Positions 33,343 to 43,502 of a DNA stretch of 52,625 nucleotides are shown here, piece by piece. Under the pieces are notes generated by a model. The model was given only the letters and a program-made list of their open reading frames with translations, was not told the origin of the DNA and did not search any database. The stretch spans positions 1 through 52,625 of the forward strand of contig CAWEDJ010000055.1 of the NCBI GenBank assembly GCA_963807635.1, read 5' to 3'. Source of the DNA: an uncultured cyanobacterium (GTDB lineage Bacteria > Cyanobacteriota > Cyanobacteriia > Cyanobacteriales > Microcystaceae). Each line of letters begins with the position of its first letter. The stretch's first letter is position 1. The position numbers and the translations under genes were made by a program.

Positions 33343-33370
33343 TTAACAAGGGGCTTAAGCCCCTTGCCTG
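33343..33370. repeat. Palindromic REP
   Basis: TTAACAAGGGGCTTAAGCCCCTTGCCTG. Confidence 0.9.
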
Positions 33371-33404
33371 AGATTTGATGGTGGTTTACGCTTTTTAAAC
33401 CAAA

Positions 33405-34760
33405 CTATGAACTGCTTCTATCAGTATTACTATTTCCTGCCAATTCAACTTCCTCGATTAACGAATGGAGGGTATTAAATAGCTCCCACTGAAAATTCAT
33501 GGTTAGAGACTCGAAGTTACGCCTATCCTCTTTTTCCATTGTAGATTGTACCCATATAATTCTAAAAAATTGATCATATTTCAATGCTTCTAAAATATCA
33601 ATACAAGAGAAACGACAAGAGCTTTCTTGATAATATTTTTTTGTAATACGATTCCGTTGTTCCCGAAAATATTCTTCTTGATCAGATGAATCTTTTAAAA
33701 TTTTATGAGCATAATCTTTAGAAAAGTCTGGAAAAAGATTTAGAAAAATATCAGTTTTAAAGTTGTATAAGTCTGTTATCTCTGACGTAGGCATTGATCT
33801 TTTAGATCCACAATTTTGAACAAGTTCAAGCATTTTTAAGCGTTTTCTCTCAGATTTGAATCCAAGATTTTGATGACTCAGTGTTTCCCAAAGTTTATTG
33901 ATGATAATGATTTCCTGAATAAACTGATAATCTACCACTTGTAAGACATAATCTTTAAAAGAAGACTTAAGGTTTTCAAACAAAAATTCTAATTCTGAAA
34001 AGCGTATATTTGCTCTCCAGCCATTATAAAAAAAACTAAGCAAACCCATTCGGTCTAATTTTTCTTTTGAGAGTAAATCATCTTGTTTATGTTTCAGCTT
34101 TTCACCAAGATAAAAATAAAGCTGATGAAGATAGAACTCGTACAACGAACCATAGAAATCACACCCAGAAATGTGTTCATACGGAGAATTATCAAGAAAA
34201 ACCCACCTCCGACGCCAATCATTTTCTGAAAAAAAATCATAGAGGTTATCGGAATTTTGTGCATAAAAATACTCTTCAAAGCTGTATTCTTTTTGTATTA
34301 TATTTTTTTCTTCTCCGTTTTCATCATATTTAATTTCGTTAAAAATTACGTTAGAACTTGTTTGCTGTTGTAAATCTTTAATCAAATTCTCAGTATTTTC
34401 AACTACCATTGAGCGAATAATTGACAAAGATTCTTGCTTTGCTTTCTCCCAATCCCCCATAACCAGATAATTCTTAAGACGAGTATAATCAATTCCTCTT
34501 CTCGACAAAATTGAGTTGTCAATTTTTGTACTTTTTTGCTGTAAAATTTGCTCAATTATCTCAAATTTCTCATTAAGTAAAGTTTCAATCTTTTCTGGAT
34601 TTAATGAATCAATAATTTTCTGTAAGCTCTTATCTATCTTTTCTGAGTAATCCCGAAACTGATTTTCAACATCCTGAGCCAAATCAATCTGGGCTTCAGC
34701 TTGATCAAGAATTGCCTGTTTATATTGCTCTAAAGATTGTGAGAATTGTGAAGTATTCAT
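33405..34760 (-). CDS. AT-rich hypothetical protein with coiled coil and divergent GUN4-like segment
   Basis: SRRGIDYTRLKNYLVMGDWEKAKQES resembles the start of a GUN4 domain; later INKLW...LGF. Confidence 0.7.
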   Translation of the reverse strand: MNTSQFSQSLEQYKQAILDQAEAQIDLAQDVENQFRDYSEKIDKSLQKIIDSLNPEKIETLLNEKFEIIEQILQQKSTKIDNSILSRRGIDYTRLKNYLVMGDWEKAKQESLSIIRSMVVENTENLIKDLQQQTSSNVIFNEIKYDENGEEKNIIQKEYSFEEYFYAQNSDNLYDFFSENDWRRRWVFLDNSPYEHISGCDFYGSLYEFYLHQLYFYLGEKLKHKQDDLLSKEKLDRMGLLSFFYNGWRANIRFSELEFLFENLKSSFKDYVLQVVDYQFIQEIIIINKLWETLSHQNLGFKSERKRLKMLELVQNCGSKRSMPTSEITDLYNFKTDIFLNLFPDFSKDYAHKILKDSSDQEEYFREQRNRITKKYYQESSCRFSCIDILEALKYDQFFRIIWVQSTMEKEDRRNFESLTMNFQWELFNTLHSLIEEVELAGNSNTDRSSS

Positions 34761-34797
34761 TACAAATTTTCAAAAGTCTATTGGCATCAGCAATAAA

Positions 34798-34825
34798 ATA
34801 ACAAGGGGCTTAAGCCCCTTGCCTG
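34798..34825. repeat. Palindromic REP
   Basis: ATAACAAGGGGCTTAAGCCCCTTGCCTG. Confidence 0.9.
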
Positions 34826-34857
34826 TGAACAAACTAGATTTTAGTAAGAGGTCATTA

Positions 34858-36081
34858 TTAAGGAGCTAAAGCATTACCCCGTAACAAACTCCCAATCGTT
34901 TTCGCCGTAATCTTCATTTGCACCAACGGATTAGCTGGAACAACCGTCTTATACAGATAACTATCAAACGTTAAACGTTGAACATCAATATCCGCACACA
35001 TTTCCACAAAAGCCTCTCTCGTCGCATCCGTGCGATAGAAAACCCGTTGCAGAATATCGAGAACCAAATAGGTTATGCCATAACGCTTATCCCATTCCTT
35101 GATGTAGGTTTTGAGATCCGCTTCCGTGGGAACCCGTTGACCATTATTACTGGTCGCGACAATCGTTTCTGCACACATCCGCGCCGATTTTGCCGCAAAA
35201 TAGATACCTTCCCCCGAAGACTTGGTGACAGTTCCCGCCGCATCACCGACTAGGGCAACACGACCAACTACACGCCGAGGTCTGGGATGTTCAGGAATGG
35301 GGTGCGCTTCAACCTTGATGATTTCGCCACCTTCTAATTTTTTGGCCGCACGGGCGCGAATTCCTGCCTGTAAATCTTTGATTTTCGCTTTGTTGACCTT
35401 CATGGTTCCCGTTCCCACCGCAACGTGGTCGTATTTAGGGAAGACCCAAGCATAAAAATCAGGGGAAACATCATCACCGACATACATTTCAGCCAAATCT
35501 TCGTAGTAGGCCATTTTGTCGTCGGGAAGACGAATTCTTTCCTGGAAGGCGATCGCGTAATTGTAATCTCCTGCATCAATGGCTTTAGCCACACGGGAAT
35601 TTGCACCGTCTGCACCAATGACGAGATCGACCTGGAGGGTTTTCATTTCTCCGACTGCTTGCCCATTGGCATGATCGGCATAGTGGAGCGTGTAGGGATC
35701 GGTATTATTTTGGGGAATATCTAACTGATACATCGTACCGTTAATGAGGTTGGCTCCACATTTAACAGCGCGATCGCGGAGGAAACCGTCTAAAACTTCC
35801 CGACGACACATCCCAATATATTCGTCATCATTGAGCGTATGACCGATATTGACCTCAATATTAGAAGGCGAAATCATCTTCATTTTGCGAACCCGACGAT
35901 CAATAATTTCGGGGGGCAAATCAAACTCACTCACCATACAGAGGGGAATCGCACCGCCACAGGGCTTGACGTTATCCAGCTTACGCTCAAATAAATAGGT
36001 TTCAATACCCGCTTTTGCCAGTGTCTCGGCTGCGGATGCACCAGCCGGGCCTGAACCCACAACAGCAACCCGTAATACCAA
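34858..36081 (-). CDS. chlP: Geranylgeranyl reductase
   Basis: VAVVGSGPAG, KPCGGAIPLCM, GADGANSRVA, SGEGIYFAAKS. Confidence 0.96.
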   Translation of the reverse strand: MVLRVAVVGSGPAGASAAETLAKAGIETYLFERKLDNVKPCGGAIPLCMVSEFDLPPEIIDRRVRKMKMISPSNIEVNIGHTLNDDEYIGMCRREVLDGFLRDRAVKCGANLINGTMYQLDIPQNNTDPYTLHYADHANGQAVGEMKTLQVDLVIGADGANSRVAKAIDAGDYNYAIAFQERIRLPDDKMAYYEDLAEMYVGDDVSPDFYAWVFPKYDHVAVGTGTMKVNKAKIKDLQAGIRARAAKKLEGGEIIKVEAHPIPEHPRPRRVVGRVALVGDAAGTVTKSSGEGIYFAAKSARMCAETIVATSNNGQRVPTEADLKTYIKEWDKRYGITYLVLDILQRVFYRTDATREAFVEMCADIDVQRLTFDSYLYKTVVPANPLVQMKITAKTIGSLLRGNALAP

Positions 36082-36427
36082 AGCTTTATCTCCTAAAATT
36101 TATCTAAAACGAAAAATTGCAATGTGCTACGAATCGAATCCTATCACAGCTTTCTAGATAAAAGAAAGGCGATCGCGCCTTGGGCGAGAAAGTTGCAATA
36201 GAGCTTAACAACTGCGTTACATAAGTTTACAAATGCGCCATTTAGGATAGATTAATTTGAATTATTACGATTGAATTGTTTCTATTGCGTAATCTGTTGA
36301 GAGAATAAGGCTTTGTGATTGAATTGTTGACGAGGTAAAAAAATAATTTAAGGACGTAATATAATATGTCCCTACGAAGATTTTTTATGTTCGTAAAATA
36401 CAATTTTTGTTAAAAATTTAGAGAAAA

Positions 36428-37789
36428 TTAAGATGATTCCTGATTGCGACTAGCGATATTAATGCGATCGCTGAGTTCAGATAAGGTCTGACTTAATTCC
36501 CAATCTTTTTGTTGGAGTTGATTAATCTTATCGCAACTATACATCACCGTTGTATGGTCTTTTCCACCAAAGGCTTCTCCAATTCTGGGTAAACTCAGAT
36601 CCGTATGTTGACGCATTAAATACATCCCAATTTGTCGGGCCACACTGATTTCTCTACGACGAGAAGTTCCTTTCAAATCTTCTACAGAAACATGATAGGA
36701 TTCGGCGATCGTTTTTAAAATAATGTCAGGAGAAGCGGCAATTTTTTCGACGGGAGGATTTAAAACTGGCACAATATTTTGCAGGGTCATTGTTACCCCT
36801 GAAATCGAAGTATAGGCGATCGCCCGAATTAATGCGCCTTCTAATTCCCGAATATTAGAGGTGTAATGAACGGCAATATATTCAATCACTTCCTTGGGTA
36901 AACGCATATTTTCATATTCTGCTTTTTTTTGCAAAATTGCCATGCGGGTTTCTAAATCGGGAATTTGAATATCCGCAATTAAACCCATTGAAAAGCGAGA
37001 AATTAATCGATCTTGTAAACTAGGGATGCGTTTAGGGGGGCGATCTGACGCTAAAACGACTTGTTTTCCTGCTTCATGGAGTGTATTAAAGGTATGAAAT
37101 AATTCTTCCTGAGTGTATTCTTTGCCTTCAATAAATTGCACATCATCTATTAATAAAAAATCGGCTTTTCGATAGTGATCTCTAAATTTTTCCATACTAT
37201 CTTGACGGATAGCGGTAATTAAATCATTGGTAAATTGTTCCGTTGAAATATAAAAAACCTTGGCATCAGGAAACATTTCTAAACGATAATGGGCGATCGC
37301 CTGCATTAAATGAGTTTTTCCTAAGCCCACGCCACCACAGAGAAAGAGAGGATTAAATTCTCGACCAGGAGATTCGGCCACCGCCAAAGAAGCCGCGTGA
37401 GCCATGCGATTCGTGGGGCCGACGACAAACCGCGAAAAATTATATTTAGAATTTAATTGGGGATTTTTTGGCGTTGTTTCCCGTAAATCTTCTTTTTGTA
37501 AAGGATTAAGAATAGAAAAAATTTCGCCTTCTGTTGTCGTTAATTGAACTTCCAAAGGAAAACCTAAAATTTCGGTAATAACGTTACTAATAATCGGCAA
37601 ATAATGTTTTTGTAAATGATTTAAAATAAAAGGATTTTCTGCCCGAATGACTACATAACTGTCCGTTACTTCCTGTAGAACAGCCGTTTTAATCCAAGTT
37701 TCAAAAGCAGGACGAGTTAATTGTAACTGGAGTCTTTCTAATACTTGATTCCAGAGATCTTGAGAAGAGATAGCCACCAATTGATTCAA
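36428..37789 (-). CDS. dnaA: Chromosomal replication initiator DnaA
   Basis: [43 protein letters not shown]. Confidence 0.97.
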   Translation of the reverse strand: MNQLVAISSQDLWNQVLERLQLQLTRPAFETWIKTAVLQEVTDSYVVIRAENPFILNHLQKHYLPIISNVITEILGFPLEVQLTTTEGEIFSILNPLQKEDLRETTPKNPQLNSKYNFSRFVVGPTNRMAHAASLAVAESPGREFNPLFLCGGVGLGKTHLMQAIAHYRLEMFPDAKVFYISTEQFTNDLITAIRQDSMEKFRDHYRKADFLLIDDVQFIEGKEYTQEELFHTFNTLHEAGKQVVLASDRPPKRIPSLQDRLISRFSMGLIADIQIPDLETRMAILQKKAEYENMRLPKEVIEYIAVHYTSNIRELEGALIRAIAYTSISGVTMTLQNIVPVLNPPVEKIAASPDIILKTIAESYHVSVEDLKGTSRRREISVARQIGMYLMRQHTDLSLPRIGEAFGGKDHTTVMYSCDKINQLQQKDWELSQTLSELSDRINIASRNQESS

Positions 37790-37983
37790 CTCCTAAGTAA
37801 CTAGTTCTAATTAAATTTAGGATAAATTTTACACTGAACTTCCCCTGTTGGCCTTGACAAGGGAAATCTGATGAATTTCAAAGATAAAAAAAAGCCTCTA
37901 ATTCTTTGGGCTACTAATTAATACCGTATTATCTTTAAAATATAATTAAAAATAGTATAGTTGTTAACAAGTCGCAATACTAA

Positions 37984-38532
37984 ATGGATTCTACTAGTAT
38001 GACTCAAATTTTAGAAATTGCCCAACGGCATCAGCCGATTTTGTCGCAAATAGCCCGCCCTGTTGCGGATATAAAGGAAGATTCGGTTCAAACTTTAATT
38101 GATTCTTTGATTTTCACTGCCGAGCAAGCTAATGGGGTCGGGATCGCGGCTCCTCAAGTGTATCAGTCCCAGCGTTTGTTTATTGTGGCTTCTCGTCCCA
38201 ATTTGCGTTATCCCCAAGCTCCCTTAATGGAACCGATCGCGATGATTAATCCCCGCATTCTCGATCGCTCAACGGAAATGGTGAAGGACTGGGAAGGTTG
38301 TTTAAGTGTGGCAGGTTGGCGTGGGTTAGTTCCTCGTTATCGGTTGATCGCGGTGGAGTATTATGATCGATGGGGACAATTACAAAAACAAGAATTTACC
38401 GATTTTGTCGCCAGAATTTTTCAACATGAATTAGATCATTTGAATGGTGTCCTTTTTGTTGATCGCGTAGAATCTCCCTACGATCTTTACACAGAAGCGG
38501 CTTATCAAGCAATACATTCCTTGGCTGATTAA
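37984..38532 (+). CDS. def: Peptide deformylase
   Basis: GVGIAAPQ, EGCLS, QHELDHLNG. Confidence 0.95.
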   Translation: MDSTSMTQILEIAQRHQPILSQIARPVADIKEDSVQTLIDSLIFTAEQANGVGIAAPQVYQSQRLFIVASRPNLRYPQAPLMEPIAMINPRILDRSTEMVKDWEGCLSVAGWRGLVPRYRLIAVEYYDRWGQLQKQEFTDFVARIFQHELDHLNGVLFVDRVESPYDLYTEAAYQAIHSLAD

Positions 38533-38633
38533 TAATAGTGGATGATGCCATTAGACGCGATCGCCAGGATAGCTATTTGCTTAAGTATTCCCCTAACTCT
38601 CTAACTTTATTAAATCTTTATTTCTGATTAATC

Positions 38634-39461
38634 ATGAACCTTTCCGAACAAGAATTTGAGCTTTTTTCATCAGTTTTCGTGTCAGTTTTACTATATGTTA
38701 ATCAAAAATTTGAACTGTTTCCATCCATCAATTCTACAAAGCTTTTTCTGGGTTTAAATCCAGAGCAAAGATTTTCAGTACACAGAAAACTTTATGATAA
38801 TATTAAGATTATTGATACATTTCTAGTTGATAATCCAGACCAATTAACTCCAGAACAACTTACTATTGCTTCTCAATTTAAACGATTTGTCAGGGGCGAT
38901 TTTTTTGTTGAACGTTTTTTGACTAAATATACAATTTTTATTGATGAAAAAAATAATGTTTATGGTGTTCTAGGTCTTACCGAGCCTCTCAATGAAATGA
39001 TTGATAAAAGCTATTTACCTCTGAATATTTACACGACTTTATTGCCCTTCAAAGATAAAATTATTTATGATGGAATTTTTAAAAGTCGCAATATTTTTTT
39101 TGGAAGCGGAATTAAAGGGGAGCTTAAGGAAATTTATATGGCCGCCAAGCAATGTAATCGAATTATTGAAACTTTAGCAAGACCCTCTTCTTCCACTAGA
39201 AGAAAAAAACAAACTTCAAATAAGGAATTGGCTCCTGTTATTAATGAATTAAAAAAATCTATCTCAAAAATAAGTCTGTCCAGTGATGATCCAGCTATTT
39301 TGAAACCGACTCTTTCAATGCTCAAATCAAGTTTGATGTTACTAGAAATTGCGACAGATTCACCCAATAATTGGGCAGAAATAGATAAAATATCCAGAAA
39401 AGTTTTAAATTCTCTTAAGCAAGTTGAGAAGGTTATTGAACGCGGACAACGTTATGAGTAA
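38634..39461 (+). CDS. AT-rich hypothetical protein
   Basis: 275-aa ORF with VYGVLGL...LLPFKDKIIYDG motif; function not recognised. Confidence 0.75.
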   Translation: MNLSEQEFELFSSVFVSVLLYVNQKFELFPSINSTKLFLGLNPEQRFSVHRKLYDNIKIIDTFLVDNPDQLTPEQLTIASQFKRFVRGDFFVERFLTKYTIFIDEKNNVYGVLGLTEPLNEMIDKSYLPLNIYTTLLPFKDKIIYDGIFKSRNIFFGSGIKGELKEIYMAAKQCNRIIETLARPSSSTRRKKQTSNKELAPVINELKKSISKISLSSDDPAILKPTLSMLKSSLMLLEIATDSPNNWAEIDKISRKVLNSLKQVEKVIERGQRYE

Positions 39462-39491
39462 TTTAGCGTTTAATCTGAGTTACATCTTTTT

Positions 39492-40157
39492 TTAAGGTAG
39501 TAAACGAAAAGAATTAAAAAAGTTAATAACATCTTGAGAAACGCTTTCTACATTATTTTGTCCTGCCGCTAAAACATAAACTTTTTGATTAATTACCATC
39601 ACCTGAAACGTAATCAATTCATTATTCCCGTTCAACGTAAACTGAATTCCCTGATTTCCCTGTACTGCGATCGCATTTTCTTGGATTAACTGAAACTGAG
39701 TTTTATTAATAATGCCATCCCGAATTGTTTTTAAAAGGGACTGATTATCCGTCGTCGGAAAAGATTGCTCTGAATAGGCGGTAATAAAACGAGAATTAGC
39801 GGGATGGGTCGCAAAAACGTCAAACATGATCGCTCCCAAGGGAGTCGTTAAGGTAACGATTTCTTGGCTTTGTATCCCCTCTGGCATCCAGACCGAGAAA
39901 CCCGCCGAACGAAAAATAGACTTTTGCCAACGTAAAACCCCCGTATCAATTGTCAATAATTGGGACGGATGTTCAACATCTTGAATTTGTTGAATTTGTT
40001 GTTGTTGTAAACGGTTAATTTCCTGCTGCATTAACACTTGCCCATCTTGAAAAAAACTGGGTTGGTTTAATCGACCCTGGGCAAGTCCTGCGGGCGTAAA
40101 TGGAAATAAAAACAATAGAATCGTTAACCAAGAAAATTTCATTAATTTTATCTCCAA
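39492..40157 (-). CDS. Hypothetical secreted/periplasmic protein
   Basis: Signal peptide; GFSVWMP...FFNSFRLL pattern. Confidence 0.75.
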   Translation of the reverse strand: MEIKLMKFSWLTILLFLFPFTPAGLAQGRLNQPSFFQDGQVLMQQEINRLQQQQIQQIQDVEHPSQLLTIDTGVLRWQKSIFRSAGFSVWMPEGIQSQEIVTLTTPLGAIMFDVFATHPANSRFITAYSEQSFPTTDNQSLLKTIRDGIINKTQFQLIQENAIAVQGNQGIQFTLNGNNELITFQVMVINQKVYVLAAGQNNVESVSQDVINFFNSFRLLP

Positions 40158-40204
40158 TTAACAGAATTCTTCACTTTTTAAAAGTCTATCTTTTCTAAAA
40201 CTCT

Positions 40205-40798
40205 TTAAATCTGACATTCAAAAAGTCGTGTAAAGAAAAAAGTAACCATTTTTAGTCCATAGGGAGACTTCCACCAAATCGCTGGGAAAGTACCACGAGG
40301 AGCATTTAAAGAAAAATCCCATTCATCATAGACCTCAAAACGCAGTTCTCCTTCCACTAACCAGCCGACTTCGGTAGCAAACATTCCCATGACTTTACGA
40401 TCTTGGGTTCGTAGGGTATCCAAACCTCCCCCTCCCTTTTTATAAATTTCTAACTGGACACTGAACCCAAAACGATCCTGACTGTGGATACGCCAGAGGC
40501 GATCAATCACAAAAAGTACATTACAGGGGAATTTTTTCATCACTTCGGGGGCCAGATCGTCCCGTTTCATGGCAACCGTTTCTAAAATAATATTAGTCGT
40601 TTCCAGATCTGCTTCCTTAAACTGGCCTGCTATCAAAAATTTCTGGAGTTTGTTATAACGTTCGATGTCGGGAATCAACATTAATTTGGCTTCTAAATCG
40701 TTCACGCGATCGGTTAAAGTTGCCAATTGTTCAGCGATCGCGGCCAATTGCTGAGTAGTTTCTTCAGAAATAGAATCGGGGATTGGTTGGTCGGTCAT
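40205..40798 (-). CDS. GUN4-domain protein (paralogue)
   Basis: YNKLQKFL..QFKEADLET, FPC..L..IDRLW..S..RFGFSVQ, APRGTFP. Confidence 0.85.
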   Translation of the reverse strand: MTDQPIPDSISEETTQQLAAIAEQLATLTDRVNDLEAKLMLIPDIERYNKLQKFLIAGQFKEADLETTNIILETVAMKRDDLAPEVMKKFPCNVLFVIDRLWRIHSQDRFGFSVQLEIYKKGGGGLDTLRTQDRKVMGMFATEVGWLVEGELRFEVYDEWDFSLNAPRGTFPAIWWKSPYGLKMVTFFFTRLFECQI

Positions 40799-40943
40799 AA
40801 ACGATACCTTATCGCAAAAGTAATAGGAAAGTGTTTGAGGATCTCTTTTAGAAACGTGTCGGCAAATACGATTTCTCCTATTTTACCGTGAGCCGTCCGA
40901 TCAGGGAATACATTTTTTAAAAAAATTATCTTATCTAATAAAA

Positions 40944-43370
40944 ATGAAAGATTTTATTATCATTGATACTGAGGGAAAAGATTATATTAGGGAAATTGCA
41001 GTCATCAATCAACAGGGAGAATTAATTTACGAAGCATTTACAAAAGAACATTTTAAAAATAACGAAGTCAAGCAAAATCTAAAGCCTTTAAAGCAAATTA
41101 TTTTGGATTTTCTGCAAATTGCCGAAGATAAGTTAATTATTTGTCATTTTGCTCAACACGATAGGAAGGTTTTGAATCAAAGTTGTTTAAAAGTACAAAT
41201 CAAACAACCTAAGCTAAAATTTGATTGTAGTGTTAAATTATCCCAGCAATATTATCCCCATTTACAGAGTTATTCCCTGGCTTATCTGAGCAAAAAACTA
41301 GGACTCAAAGTTAATCAAAAATTTTTTAATCCTGAGCAAGCCCACACTGCTCGTTACGATGCCCAATTTACCTATCAGCTTTATTGTAAAATATTGGAGA
41401 GCAAAGCCATGAATTCAGCCTCAGTATCCATCAATCCCTTTTCATCCAGTCGAGTCGATAATCCGTTCCAGGATCATCTCGATTTAAAATCGATTCATCA
41501 AGATCAGTTTGAACGATTGAAATGGATTATTACTGACATCAAACAAGATAAAAATCATCAATCCAAGGGAACTGTTGTTATCGGAGAACCAGGCAGTGGT
41601 AAAACCCATTTAATGATGCGATTAGCGAAGGAATTATTAAAAATTAATCGGCTTTTGTTTATTCGTTGTCCCAATAATCGAGATTCTGTTTTGTTCCATA
41701 TCTACAGTCGAATTTTAGAATCTTTTGTCGAAAGAATTCCAGAAACAGGCTATACCCAACTAGAAACTCTTTTAGCCCATAGTTTTGTTAAATTAATTAG
41801 TCAAACGGGGTTTATTAGTTTAACGCAAAAAGATCAAGAGATTATTACTATTTTAAAATCTAATCCTTTAGATATTTACGAAAAATTAGGTGCAGAAGGA
41901 AGTGGTAAAAAGTTAGATTATTGGCGACATATCGAAAAGCGAACCGATGATTGGTGGATGAGTGAATATGGTTTAGCGGGCTATGCTTCCCAAATTATTA
42001 AGGGAATTATTAAATATTGCAGTTATAGTAAACCCCACCTTAAAAAATTAGTGGCTCGTTGGTTAGCCGCAGAGGAATTAAGCAATGTTGAATTAGAGGC
42101 GATCGGTTTAGAAAACTGGAATGAAGAAATGAGCAAAGAAGCCTTTTCTTTAGAAGCAATTTCCGTTTTTAGTAAATTGTCTTTATTGGATGAGCCTTTG
42201 ATTATTATTTTTGATCAATTAGAAGCCTTGGGATTAAAACATCATGAGCAACTATTATTGGCTTTTGGAGAAGCTATCAAAGAAATTTTTACCCATGTGC
42301 CTAATAGTTTGGTAATCCTCAATCTTTTTCCCGATCGCTGGGAACAGTTTAAATCAATGTTTGATGGTGCAATTATTGATAGAGTTTCCCAAAATCAACT
42401 TTATTTACAACGTCCATCGGATGAATATTTAACTGAGATTTTAAACGCTAAGATCGAGTCAGTCGGATTATCCACCGAAAAAATATTTTCACCGATAGAG
42501 TTAGAGACAATCTTAAACCATAGTTCTATTCGAGCAATTTTAAATAGTGCCTCTGATCACTATCACCACAAAATTCATGGTGTACCTCTGCCAGAAAAAG
42601 AAAAATTAGTTAAACGAGATCAGAATGAATTAAAAGAAACTAAGGAGCAATCATTAACATTAGAAACAAGAATCACTAATCTAGAAAATAATTTACAGCA
42701 ATTTACGACTCTTTTTCAAAAAATTGGTCAAGCTTTATTAGAGTTTGATTTTGATCGGGAATCTGACAATATAGAAACTTTTGAAGAAAAAAGAGATCAA
42801 GAAATACAGGAAACAAAGATAGAAAAATTTATTCGGCAAAATCGTCCTCTATTGGAGCAAGAGTATGATAAATTACAGATTATTAACGATAGTGATGATC
42901 TCGGTAAATTTTTAGAAATTGCTGAAGCGTTTAGAAATAAATCAGATTATATTATTGATTACTTACACTTAGGAAGAAAAAAAATTCCTCCAAATTGTGT
43001 TATCCAATATGCTGATTGGAGTTTTGCCATAGCTTTTTTAGAATTAGATGGTTCAACTTTTACCAATCGGATTAAAAATTTTAATGAATTAGTGATTAAT
43101 CATCGAGAAATTCATTTCCAACTCTGGAGAGATGCCAGAAAAAATAATATTACAGGCAAAGTAGGAAAAGACGAAATTGAAAAATTAAATAATTCCCATC
43201 ATGGTCGTTTTCTGATAATGGAAAAGGGCGATCGCATTGATTTTGAGTTAATTTATAAATTAATAACCGATGTTCACAATAGAGATTTAGAAATTGAACT
43301 TGATGAAGTTTTATCTAGTATAATTTCATTATTTAAAGATTGTTGGATTATCAAAATATTAACGGCTTAA
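40944..43370 (+). CDS. DEDDh 3'-5' exonuclease fused to a P-loop (AAA-like) ATPase
   Basis: ExoI IIDTEG, ExoII HFAQHD, ExoIII HTARYD; Walker A GEPGSGKT, Walker B IIIFDQLE. Confidence 0.85.
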   Translation: MKDFIIIDTEGKDYIREIAVINQQGELIYEAFTKEHFKNNEVKQNLKPLKQIILDFLQIAEDKLIICHFAQHDRKVLNQSCLKVQIKQPKLKFDCSVKLSQQYYPHLQSYSLAYLSKKLGLKVNQKFFNPEQAHTARYDAQFTYQLYCKILESKAMNSASVSINPFSSSRVDNPFQDHLDLKSIHQDQFERLKWIITDIKQDKNHQSKGTVVIGEPGSGKTHLMMRLAKELLKINRLLFIRCPNNRDSVLFHIYSRILESFVERIPETGYTQLETLLAHSFVKLISQTGFISLTQKDQEIITILKSNPLDIYEKLGAEGSGKKLDYWRHIEKRTDDWWMSEYGLAGYASQIIKGIIKYCSYSKPHLKKLVARWLAAEELSNVELEAIGLENWNEEMSKEAFSLEAISVFSKLSLLDEPLIIIFDQLEALGLKHHEQLLLAFGEAIKEIFTHVPNSLVILNLFPDRWEQFKSMFDGAIIDRVSQNQLYLQRPSDEYLTEILNAKIESVGLSTEKIFSPIELETILNHSSIRAILNSASDHYHHKIHGVPLPEKEKLVKRDQNELKETKEQSLTLETRITNLENNLQQFTTLFQKIGQALLEFDFDRESDNIETFEEKRDQEIQETKIEKFIRQNRPLLEQEYDKLQIINDSDDLGKFLEIAEAFRNKSDYIIDYLHLGRKKIPPNCVIQYADWSFAIAFLELDGSTFTNRIKNFNELVINHREIHFQLWRDARKNNITGKVGKDEIEKLNNSHHGRFLIMEKGDRIDFELIYKLITDVHNRDLEIELDEVLSSIISLFKDCWIIKILTA

Positions 43371-43502
43371 TCAATAGGAAAATAAAATCTTTCCCAAATA
43401 TTCTTTATACTGGGTAGGGGTTTGGTTTCTAAATCTATCTTAAATTGAATTTCTTTTCATCTATACTTTAAGAATTAATCATAAACCTTAATTTTTAGCC
43501 TA

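Noticed and set aside
33405..40798. Two GUN4-like genes near chlP as a chlorophyll-regulatory cluster
   Set aside because: Neither looks like the canonical GUN4 with its N-terminal ARM-like domain; GUN4 domains are common promiscuous modules in cyanobacteria, so proximity is probably coincidental.
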